From an uncultured Gammaproteobacteria bacterium (GTDB lineage: Bacteria > Patescibacteriota > Microgenomatia > CAYQLK01): a DNA stretch of 41,075 bases. A program made the translations under genes and the position numbers. The DNA lies in contig CAYROP010000003.1 of NCBI GenBank assembly GCA_964426075.1, positions 1 through 41,075 on the forward strand. The letters are read 5' to 3'. Below, piece after piece: positions 32,519-40,521 of the stretch (positions are counted from its first letter, which is position 1; each line of letters starts with the position of its first letter). The notes beneath the pieces are model-generated. The model did no database searches and was not told the origin of the DNA. It was given only the letters and a program-made list of their open reading frames with translations.

Positions 32519-33484
32519 ATGCATCCGATTTTTTATTCATTTGGAGACTTTTCTGTTTATACTTGGGGCGTGATGCTCGCGATTGCTGTATTGGGAGGAG
32601 TATTTATTTTTTGGAAATCGGCAATCAAAGATGATTATGATCCTGAAGAGGCAATAGATATTGCTGTCGCAAGTTTAGTTGGGGGAATTTTGGGTGCTAG
32701 ACTGGTTTGGGTTTTGATGAATTTTGGAGATTTTGGAACAAACTTTATAAAGTGGATTTTGATAAATAGGTTTTCTGGATTAGATTTTTGGGGAGGAATA
32801 TTCGGAGCAGTAATTTTGGGAGGATTTGTAGCTCGAAGAAAAAAGTGGAAACTATTGAGAACATTAGATTTTGCTGCAGTACCATTGTATTTTGGAGCAG
32901 TTTGGGTTTGGTTGGGACATTTTTTTAATGGTTCTGCATATGGTAGTACAACGGAGTGGGCGATTGGTGTTTTGGCTCCAGGTTTAGTTGGTAAAAGACA
33001 TCCTGTCCAAATATATGCAGTTATTTTGTTTATTTTCTGTTACTTTTTTTATAAAGCGTTTGCGAAAAAGAGGAGGTTCGCGGGCGCAAAAATTTTGTTC
33101 AGTTTGGTGTCGGTTGCGATGGTGATTTTTGTAATTGACTATTTTAGAGCAGAAAGAGATTTAAGTTTAAAACTAGTTAGCTTTACACAACTTGAAGCGT
33201 TAGGGTCGATCTTGATCTTAATAATTTGGGGTTATTGGGTTTCTGGTAGAAACGTTTTGTCAGATTTTAAAAGTATTTTAAAGTTCTTTAAAGGGATAAT
33301 AGTTGGAACCGGTAATTTTTTCCTTTCGACTAGGTATCGTAAAAAGATCTCAAAAAAGTTTTTTCGGTCGCCAGCAAAAATTGGACAAAAAGCTATAAAT
33401 GATAGTTTTGAGCTAAAGAGTAGGATCGTTTGGAAACTTACACATCTTAGAAGTACAAAAAAATATCGAAGCAAGAAAAAGTGA
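32519..33484 (+). CDS. lgt: prolipoprotein diacylglyceryl transferase with a basic C-terminal extension
   Basis: YTWGVMLAIAVLGG, GGILGARL and RHPVQIYA. Confidence 0.88.
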   Translation: MHPIFYSFGDFSVYTWGVMLAIAVLGGVFIFWKSAIKDDYDPEEAIDIAVASLVGGILGARLVWVLMNFGDFGTNFIKWILINRFSGLDFWGGIFGAVILGGFVARRKKWKLLRTLDFAAVPLYFGAVWVWLGHFFNGSAYGSTTEWAIGVLAPGLVGKRHPVQIYAVILFIFCYFFYKAFAKKRRFAGAKILFSLVSVAMVIFVIDYFRAERDLSLKLVSFTQLEALGSILILIIWGYWVSGRNVLSDFKSILKFFKGIIVGTGNFFLSTRYRKKISKKFFRSPAKIGQKAINDSFELKSRIVWKLTHLRSTKKYRSKKK

Positions 33485-33939
33485 AAAACTTAAAGTTTTT
33501 CGGCAAGGAATTTTGGTTAATAGTTTTTTTGGTTGTTGGGATTGTTCTGCTCGACCGAATAAGTAAAGAGATAGTATGGAATGTTTGGCGTGAACAGATA
33601 GTTTGGAATAATGGAGTAAGTTTGGGTTTTTTAGCAACTTCAGACTTATTTAGAAAAATAATATTACAGATTGTTATTTGTTTGGCAGTACTTGGGTTTT
33701 TGTATTGGTTGGTCTCGGAATTTAAGAAAAAAGATAAAAATTATTTTGTAATATTGCCATTGGGAATGGTTGTTGCAGGTGGAGTGAGTAATTTAATTGA
33801 TCGGATGCTTTGGGGGAGTGTAATGGATTTTATACCGTTTTTTGGTTTGTGGACATTTAATATTGCTGATTTTTCCATTAGTGTCGGGGTGGTTTTGTTA
33901 CTAGCTAATAAATTAATTTATGATTTCTGGAAACGTTAA
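33481..33939 (+). CDS. lspA: lipoprotein signal peptidase II
   Basis: NNGVSLGF, SNLIDR, VMDFI and FNIADFSISVG. 4-nt overlap with lgt. Confidence 0.88.
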   Translation: MKNLKFFGKEFWLIVFLVVGIVLLDRISKEIVWNVWREQIVWNNGVSLGFLATSDLFRKIILQIVICLAVLGFLYWLVSEFKKKDKNYFVILPLGMVVAGGVSNLIDRMLWGSVMDFIPFFGLWTFNIADFSISVGVVLLLANKLIYDFWKR

Positions 33940-34690
33940 AATACTATACGAAGATGTAGAGCTATTGGTTATGGAAAAGCCGTCAGGTTTGGTGGTCAAT
34001 AGAGCTGATTCGACAAGAACTCGAACCTTGCAAGAGATTTTGGAAGAATATTTTGGATATGAACAGTTTGGCGGGCCGGGCAAACGTGCTGGTATCGTTC
34101 ACCGACTAGATAAAGATACAAGTGGAGTAATGTTGGTAGCAAAATCTGAGGAATCCATGGCGAATCTACAAACGCAGTTCAAGAATCGTGAAGTGAAAAA
34201 AACATACACAGCTTTAACTCATGGATTTGCTAAGCGTGAATTTAATGTAACACTTAGTTTGGCTAGGTCAAAAGCAAATCGGTTGAGATATTCAATACAA
34301 AAGGAAGGAAAAGAGGCGGAAACAGGTTTTGTAACGAAGCAGTATTACCAAATTAATCCAGAAGATGCTCAAAATATTAAGAAAAAATTATCTAAGGATT
34401 TTTGGACAAGTTATGACAGATTTAGCTTGGTTGAGGCGTACCCAAAAACCGGACGTACACATCAGATAAGGGTGCATCTACATAGTGTGTTTGCACCAAT
34501 TGTGAGAGATGAGATATATGGAGGTAGAAAATGGTTAAGGGTTGATCAGATTTGGGCAGATAGAATGTTTTTACACGCTTCAAAAATTAGTTTCAAACAT
34601 CCAAAAACAAACAAAATTGTCGATTTTGAGTCGAAATTACCAAGCGAATTGCAGGGAATTTTGAAAAAATTAATTAAGGTTGAACTTTGA
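33920..34690 (+). CDS. RluA-family pseudouridine synthase (no S4 domain)
   Basis: HRLDKDTSGVMLVAK and GRTHQIRVHL. Confidence 0.85.
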   Translation: MISGNVKILYEDVELLVMEKPSGLVVNRADSTRTRTLQEILEEYFGYEQFGGPGKRAGIVHRLDKDTSGVMLVAKSEESMANLQTQFKNREVKKTYTALTHGFAKREFNVTLSLARSKANRLRYSIQKEGKEAETGFVTKQYYQINPEDAQNIKKKLSKDFWTSYDRFSLVEAYPKTGRTHQIRVHLHSVFAPIVRDEIYGGRKWLRVDQIWADRMFLHASKISFKHPKTNKIVDFESKLPSELQGILKKLIKVEL

Positions 34691-34755
34691 TCCTCTAGAA
34701 CTTAATAATAGAAAGAAGGTCTGCAAAATATTTTTTGATTTGCGGATATTTTTAT

Positions 34756-35820
34756 ATGCAAAAACTTGGTAAGGTTAAGATAAAAAAACCGTCAGAGCTG
34801 ACAAAAAAAAGAAAGCGGAATCGTGCCATTTTTTTTGTGATATTGATTCTGTTTACATTAGCCTTGGTTAACGGAATTTTTAAGTTTGTTAAGTTTAGTG
34901 ATTATGTTTCGAGGCCAATCGATGGAACCGAAAAAAAAGCTTCAGGAAGGTCTTGGAGTGCAGATAGAATAATTACAGTAGCCATAGACTCAAATCCTGT
35001 AATTATGGCGGTTTTTGACCCTTCTACGGGCAAAGTTGGGGTAATTTCAATGCCGAGGGACACATACAGTGTGGTTCCTTCGGATCTGGGGCTTTATCCA
35101 GTTTATTCGATTAGGGAGTTGGGTGAGCTAAAGGGTGTGCCAAGTGGGGAGCTGTTTGAAAATACTTTGTCAAATTTTATCAATGCTCCCGTGGAGAGGT
35201 ATTTGTTTTTCCCAAAATCAGAAGTTGTTTTAGGTCAGGGTAAGGATGAAATTGTTGGAAAAATTAGAAATGCCTTTTCTATTCAAAATTTAATAACTGC
35301 GCCTTTTAAAGTTAATAAAGGGGAAATGGTAACTAATCTTAGTTGGTCTGAATCACTCAAACTTTGGTGGTTTGCCAGAGGTGTACGTAGTGATAGATTC
35401 GAATATTATGATTTAAGTAAAAATGGGGTAATTTCGGAAATTATTTTGGCTGATGGAACCAACGCTTTTGGAGCCGATGAGGTTGGAGTTGCGGATTTTA
35501 CTAGGAAAGTTTTTACCGAAGATAAAATTTTGAAAGAAAAATTAAAGATCGAAATACTAAATGGGACCGATTCTCCGGGGAGGGGAAATAAAATTGCAAA
35601 TATTTTAGATAATATTGGCTGTGATGTTGTTCGGGTTGGTAATTACACTGGCGAAAGACTGGAAAAAACGATGATTAGTCTGAGTAAAGACAGTGAAAAT
35701 AGTTTGACTATCGAAAGACTTGAGGAGATTTTAGACGCCAAAGGAGTAAGTGGAAACTTTACTTCAAGGGATGTTGACATCACGATTGTTCTAGGTCAAG
35801 ATATTCTGAAAAGATTTTAG
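34756..35820 (+). CDS. LytR-CpsA-Psr (LCP) family protein
   Basis: N-terminal TM helix, ISMPRDTY core and a C-terminal LytR_C-like part. ATG 34756 is preferred over the track start TTG 34735. Confidence 0.75.
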   Translation: MQKLGKVKIKKPSELTKKRKRNRAIFFVILILFTLALVNGIFKFVKFSDYVSRPIDGTEKKASGRSWSADRIITVAIDSNPVIMAVFDPSTGKVGVISMPRDTYSVVPSDLGLYPVYSIRELGELKGVPSGELFENTLSNFINAPVERYLFFPKSEVVLGQGKDEIVGKIRNAFSIQNLITAPFKVNKGEMVTNLSWSESLKLWWFARGVRSDRFEYYDLSKNGVISEIILADGTNAFGADEVGVADFTRKVFTEDKILKEKLKIEILNGTDSPGRGNKIANILDNIGCDVVRVGNYTGERLEKTMISLSKDSENSLTIERLEEILDAKGVSGNFTSRDVDITIVLGQDILKRF

Positions 35821-35835
35821 TTTTAATCTAAAAAT

Positions 35836-36243
35836 ATGTTTAGTGTTTGGATAGTTGCAGCAGTTACGGTATTTGCTATTTCGCTGATTGTGGCGATCGT
35901 TAGTGTGGAAAGAGAGAAAAAACAGGAGCCAGAAACCGAGGATTTGCCTGATCGAGGCGATGCGACCTTGCTTTCAAAACCAATCGAGTCGCCCGTTTTG
36001 GGCCATGGTCAGGTCCGCGAACAAATTGAATCTCAGGAAAAAGTAGAAATGCTGGATGATACTAAGCATAGTCACAGCAATATAATTATGGAGAATCATA
36101 GCCAATTAGCCACTGGTGCTGAGATGGCTAACAACTTGGAAAAAGTTGATGAGGATGTAGATGAGATTATTCCTAGGTATTTAGAAGAGGAAATCAATGA
36201 TAAGGAGCAATCCAAAAAACTGGTGGGTGAAATTGATCTTTAG
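35836..36243 (+). CDS. membrane-anchored acidic hypothetical protein
   Basis: N-terminal TM helix and a Glu/Asp-rich tail. Confidence 0.55.
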   Translation: MFSVWIVAAVTVFAISLIVAIVSVEREKKQEPETEDLPDRGDATLLSKPIESPVLGHGQVREQIESQEKVEMLDDTKHSHSNIIMENHSQLATGAEMANNLEKVDEDVDEIIPRYLEEEINDKEQSKKLVGEIDL

Positions 36244-36248
36244 ATATT

Positions 36249-36884
36249 TTATACGGTAAAAGAAGGCTGGTTTGCGAGATCTTTGGCGCGAGTTATTTCG
36301 AACAAAATAACCTGAACCTCTTTTTGGGTAACCGATTTGATGCAGCATTCAAAAGTATTTCCAGCAGTAATTAGCCTTAGTAGTTTAAATGATAGGTCGT
36401 CAGGAAGATTGCCGACATGTTTATTGTCGTAAGTACATAGTTCGATCGAGTGCTTTTTTGGAGAGATTTTTAGTTTGTCGCCCGAGGCTAGTTTTGATAG
36501 AAGATTTTGGTCACCGATTTTGACTAAAGTTACAACCTTGGTCTTGCCTGGCTCTGAAGCCAATTTTTGAAATAGTTCGCGAAAGTTTTGTTTATCACCT
36601 TCAAGTGTTGGAGATTTTTGATCTGAGGATAGTCGGTTGAGTCTGGTAAGGTTTTTTTTGGCAATAACATTAAAACCATCAAGGTCGGTGACTGATTTAT
36701 ATGTTTGGCGAGATTTGGTTATATTGCCGGTTTCAAAATATGCCCTAGCTAATCGATTGAGTGTTTCGATGTCGTTGGGATTGTTTTTTAGAATTTTTTT
36801 GTTTATTTCAATTGCCAGTTCCCAGTTATAGTCAAGTGCGGCTGAGACGGCTTGTCCTTCAAGCGTTTTGTCCTCGTTAGTCAT
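36249..36884 (-). CDS. TPR-like hypothetical protein
   Basis: TPR-like helices in the N-terminus (NPNDIETLNRLARAYFETGN). Confidence 0.55.
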   Translation of the reverse strand: MTNEDKTLEGQAVSAALDYNWELAIEINKKILKNNPNDIETLNRLARAYFETGNITKSRQTYKSVTDLDGFNVIAKKNLTRLNRLSSDQKSPTLEGDKQNFRELFQKLASEPGKTKVVTLVKIGDQNLLSKLASGDKLKISPKKHSIELCTYDNKHVGNLPDDLSFKLLRLITAGNTFECCIKSVTQKEVQVILFEITRAKDLANQPSFTV

Positions 36885-37018
36885 TAAGAGATAGAGTATA
36901 TTGAATAAAAAATAAATGTCAATTTTTTTATCAAACTAGCTACAAAGTTTAACTTTGACAAAAATATAATAATCGACTTTAATTTAGCTCTATCGAAACA
37001 AAAAATTAATAAAGAAGA

Positions 37019-37771
37019 ATGTCTGGACACAGCAAATGGTCAACAATTAAAAGGCAAAAAGGAGCAAATGATGCCAAGAGGGGTGCAACTTTTACACGGC
37101 TAGCCAATGCAATCATGATTGCTGTTAAAGAAGGTGGTGGTGGAGATCCTGATTCTAATTTTCGTCTTAGATTAGTACTTGATCAAGCAAGGGCAGCTAA
37201 TTTGCCGAAAGACAATATCGCTAGGGCAATTGATAAAGCATTAGGTAAGGGTGGCGGTCCGGCTTTGGAGAGTGTGATTTATGAAGGATACGCTCCAAGT
37301 GCAGTGGCAATTTTAGTTGAAACAATTACTGATAACCGTAACCGAACTGCATCGGAGGTAAAAAGTACGATCGAAAAAGCAGGGGGAAGTTTAGGTGGGC
37401 CAGGGACTACACAATGGATGTTTGAGAAGAAGGGAGTAATTGAAGTTCAGACTGATGGTGAAGATGTGGATGAATTTTTTCTTAAAGTGGCGGATTTTGG
37501 TGCTGATGATGTTGTGGTAATTGACAAAAACTCTGTGCAAGTAATAACAAAACAGACTGATTTGAAAAGAGTTGAAGACCAACTAAGGGAGGACGGTTAT
37601 AATGTTATTTCAGCTGATTTTGATTATATTGCAAAGAACTCAACCCATATTGAGGACGCAGACAAAATAAAATCAGTTTTGGGTCTAATCGAAAAACTAG
37701 AAGATTTGGGAGATGTGGTCAAAGTGAGTTCTAATTTGGATGTCCCAGACTCGTTTTACGAATCTTTGTAA
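37019..37771 (+). CDS. yebC: YebC/PmpR-family transcriptional regulator
   Basis: MSGHSKWSTIKRQKGANDAKRG. Confidence 0.9.
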   Translation: MSGHSKWSTIKRQKGANDAKRGATFTRLANAIMIAVKEGGGGDPDSNFRLRLVLDQARAANLPKDNIARAIDKALGKGGGPALESVIYEGYAPSAVAILVETITDNRNRTASEVKSTIEKAGGSLGGPGTTQWMFEKKGVIEVQTDGEDVDEFFLKVADFGADDVVVIDKNSVQVITKQTDLKRVEDQLREDGYNVISADFDYIAKNSTHIEDADKIKSVLGLIEKLEDLGDVVKVSSNLDVPDSFYESL

Positions 37772-37789
37772 AAGACAAGAAAATTTTTG

Positions 37790-38335
37790 ATGCAAGAGTT
37801 AATTATCGGAATTGATCCTGGAACGGCAACGACAGGTTTTGGTGTATTAGACGTAACTTCTGGTTTGCCAAGATTAATTGAATATGGGTGTATTTCTACA
37901 CCGAAAAATTTGCAAATGCCCGACAGGTTACTGATGTTAGCGATGGGGTTGGATGACCTTTTTGGAAAATATATGCCTCAAGCGGTTGTTATTGAAAATT
38001 TGTTTTTTGGAGTAAATGCTAAAACCGCGATCACTGTTGGACAGGGCAGGGGGGTTGTTTTGGTTACTGCAGCCAAATACGGTCTGCCATGTTTTGAATA
38101 TCAGGGATTATCAATAAAAAAAGAGATTACTGGTAACGGCAAAGCAGACAAGGTAATGATCCAGGATGCAGTGGCAAAAATTCTTGATGTGAAAACTTGG
38201 GAAAAACCGAGTCAGGGTTATTTGGATGACGCAGTAGATGCACTGGCGATTGGGCTATTCCATTATCGTCAAATTAATCCAAACGATGAAGGTTTGGCTG
38301 TAAAAAAGGAAAGAAAGCCTAAGAAAAAGAAATGA
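37790..38335 (+). CDS. ruvC: crossover junction endodeoxyribonuclease RuvC
   Basis: IIGIDPGTATTGFGVL, ENLFFG and DDAVDALAIG. Confidence 0.88.
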   Translation: MQELIIGIDPGTATTGFGVLDVTSGLPRLIEYGCISTPKNLQMPDRLLMLAMGLDDLFGKYMPQAVVIENLFFGVNAKTAITVGQGRGVVLVTAAKYGLPCFEYQGLSIKKEITGNGKADKVMIQDAVAKILDVKTWEKPSQGYLDDAVDALAIGLFHYRQINPNDEGLAVKKERKPKKKK

Positions 38336-39189
38336 GACTTTTTAAACGCAAACCAGCGCGACTCAAAAATCCAATGGCGGTTAGAACTAGTAAGATAAAA
38401 GTTGCAGACAGACTTACGGTTTCAAAGAGGCAGATTCTGGTCTTTTTTTCAATTTTGATGACTGGCGGTTTGACTGTATCTTTGTTGTCAGAAGGTCGAA
38501 GTTTGTATTTGCTTTCTCTGCTTTTGGCTATTGCATCAGGACTTGCAACGGTTTGGGTTTTACGAAAAGACTTGGCTGGTATTAAATATTTTGTACTGCC
38601 GATTTTGCCTTTTTTCTTCACATTTGCGATGTCGTTATTTTTTCAACTATTGCCAGAGCGTTGGTTAACAAGATTGCCGTTTATGGTCGTGTATGGAGTT
38701 TCAATTTATTTAATTTTTTTGAATCAAAATGTTTACAATATTGCAGCAATTAGAACGATTGCACTACTAAGGGCAGCACACTCTGTGGGCTTACTGTTTA
38801 CACTTATTTCGGTTTTTATTATTAGTAATGTCACATTTTCTCTAAGGTTTAATTTTGTGATCCTAACGCTAATTCTGACGGTGATTTGTGGGCTAATGAT
38901 TTTTCAAACCCTTTGGTCTTTTGAACTGGAGGACTTGCTAACCAAAAGATTACTTAAGATGACTTTGGTATTAACTTTGATTGTTGGACAGGTGGTACTA
39001 ACTCTTTCTTTTTGGCCGGCAGAACCAACGGTTTCAGCAATTGTAGTAACGACGGCTGTTTATGTTTTGTTGGGGCTAAGTCAAGCGTATTACACGGATC
39101 GGTTATTCAGGCGAACCGCAATTGAGTATATTTCATTAGGAATGGGAGTATTTTTGTTGTTGTTTTTGACAACAAGCTGGATAGAGTAG
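38332..39189 (+). CDS. polytopic membrane protein, unknown function
   Basis: About 7-8 TM helices. ATGA overlap with ruvC. Confidence 0.6.
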   Translation: MRLFKRKPARLKNPMAVRTSKIKVADRLTVSKRQILVFFSILMTGGLTVSLLSEGRSLYLLSLLLAIASGLATVWVLRKDLAGIKYFVLPILPFFFTFAMSLFFQLLPERWLTRLPFMVVYGVSIYLIFLNQNVYNIAAIRTIALLRAAHSVGLLFTLISVFIISNVTFSLRFNFVILTLILTVICGLMIFQTLWSFELEDLLTKRLLKMTLVLTLIVGQVVLTLSFWPAEPTVSAIVVTTAVYVLLGLSQAYYTDRLFRRTAIEYISLGMGVFLLLFLTTSWIE

Positions 39190-39415
39190 GGAAAAATTTA
39201 GCTACAAATTGAAGCTAAAATGTTACTTCGTCATTACCTATTAATTAGACCTATAGTATATTCATTTTTTTGATTAACAAACATAAAATCTAGTGTTAAA
39301 CGATCGTTGTTCTTACAAAAAACTTAAATTCGGTGGCAAAAATAAATTAGTAGAGGAGTAATAAAAAAGAGGAATTAGGTTCAAGAGTAGAGCAAAATGA
39401 TATAGTTTGATACAG

Positions 39416-39494
39416 TGTGAAAACTTGTGAAAATTGTCGTGAAAACTGAATGTTAGTCAAAGGCGGGGAGTGATAGTAGTAAAAATGTGGATAA
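39416..39494. repeat. three phased GTGAAAA repeats (relaxed DnaA-box-like) plus one perfect DnaA box
   Basis: TGTGAAAAC at 39416, TGTGAAAAT at 39426, CGTGAAAAC at 39438 (10- and 12-nt phasing). TGTGGATAA at 39486-39494 is the reverse complement of TTATCCACA. Confidence 0.45.
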
Positions 39495-39693
39495 CTTGTT
39501 TTCGGTTATAAGGTTTTTGGGAGTAGGTATTAATATTTATATTGCCAATACAATACGATATTATTTACTCTTTTAGCTTTGAATGAATGAAAAAAGACTA
39601 TTGTAATAAGCTAAATAGCGACGTAAATATTTATATTATAGGGTCATTTTAGGCTTAAAAAAGTTGAGGTAGCGGTAGTGAGAAAGGAGTAAG

Positions 39694-39712
39694 TGGTCGG
39701 TGATTGGTCGGT
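39694..39712. repeat. tandem 11-nt-phased repeat TGGTCGGT x2
   Basis: TGGTCGGTGAT and TGGTCGGT, read directly from the sequence. Confidence 0.4.
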
Positions 39713-39790
39713 AAGTAATGATGTGTGTTGATTAATTAATAGCTTGTAGGGATATTGCACTACACTGGTCTGTAAGAGTAGAAAAATGAT

Positions 39791-39818
39791 ATGTCGTACA
39801 ATATAACTTTTGCGACAT
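39791..39818. repeat. 28-bp dif-like imperfect palindrome (11-6-11), candidate tyrosine-recombinase site
   Basis: ATGTCGTACAA-TATAAC-TTTTGCGACAT. The arms match 8/11 as inverted repeats. Confidence 0.4.
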
Positions 39819-40093
39819 AAAATAACAAAAACGGGGTGGGGACGAAAACACTAAAAAAATGAAATTTGTTAAAAAAACAAAAAATAAATTTTTAAAAACT
39901 TTGATCTAGTTTGATTTAACCCCCTATGGATTGGCTTAATTATTTGATTAATTTGATATGGTTTGTTATCTTGACCACTTTTTTATTGTTTTTTGCGGTA
40001 TATATGCGGTTATTAGCTATATTTATTGAAATTCGATGATAGATTACCCTACCCAATTAATAAAAAGCCGTTTTAGGACCAATTAGGGGTTTT

Positions 40094-40123
40094 TAGCCTC
40101 AAAATATCGATATTTTGAGGCTA
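40094..40123. repeat. 30-bp perfect palindrome overlapping the -35 region of the mini-cassette promoter
   Basis: TAGCCTCAAAATATCGATATTTTGAGGCTA. Confidence 0.6.
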
Positions 40124-40135
40124 AAGTGATATAAG
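40107..40135 (+). promoter_or_regulatory. cassette-type promoter (TCGATA-N17-TATAAG with TGn)
   Basis: The spacer TTTTGAGGCTAAA is identical to the spacer of the 1219-1257 module. Confidence 0.45.
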
Positions 40136-40179
40136 TGTTGTTTAGATTTCTTGAACATTAACTGTTTGGAGGTTTGGTT

Positions 40180-40401
40180 TTGTTTGTCAAGGGAGTTTGC
40201 TCAGACTTTTTGGGCTTTCTGGCAGAATTGTCGCTGGTAAGGCGGTCGGTTTTGCTGGGGCTTACTATAGCAGTACTTAGTTGTGCTGTTACTTGGATCT
40301 GGACTCAGAATCCTTTCTGGGGCTTTGTTACTTTGGGATTTGGCGCCTTCTGGTGGGCTGTTCTTGGGGCTTCTGTCGCACAAGTCTCTCGGACTGATTG
40401 A
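40180..40401 (+). CDS. small G+C-rich membrane protein (2 TM helices)
   Basis: GGAGG at 40168-40172. TTG 40180 has 7-nt spacing, whereas the track start TTG 40174 has only 1 nt. The sequence is hydrophobic and Trp-rich. Confidence 0.4.
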   Translation: MFVKGVCSDFLGFLAELSLVRRSVLLGLTIAVLSCAVTWIWTQNPFWGFVTLGFGAFWWAVLGASVAQVSRTD

Positions 40402-40484
40402 TCGCTCTTTTCCAGCGTCGGTTTTTGGAAAATAATCTATTTACATTTGTAATAGATTGTATTCGAGAACCGGCTTTTTTTAAG

Positions 40485-40510
40485 AAAAATTATATGTCGC
40501 ACAATATGAT
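40485..40510. repeat. 22/26-nt direct-repeat copy of 39782-39807 (left arm and centre of the dif-like site only)
   Basis: AAAAATTATATGTCGCACAATATGAT versus AAAAATGATATGTCGTACAATATAAC. Confidence 0.5.
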
Positions 40511-40521
40511 AGAGTGGTTAT

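Noticed and set aside
39416-39494. Calling this the chromosomal oriC.
   Set aside because: There is only one perfect DnaA box, no dnaA or dnaN nearby, and genes on both sides run in the same direction. It is kept only as an origin-like or iteron-like region.
39190-40170. A structured RNA gene (tmRNA, RNase P RNA, SRP RNA or 6S) in the 1-kb gap.
   Set aside because: None of the conserved cores I know is present (no RNase P GGAAAGTCC-type core, tmRNA tRNA-like ends, or SRP GGAA/AGCA motif). The extreme C-depletion argues against extensive base-pairing.
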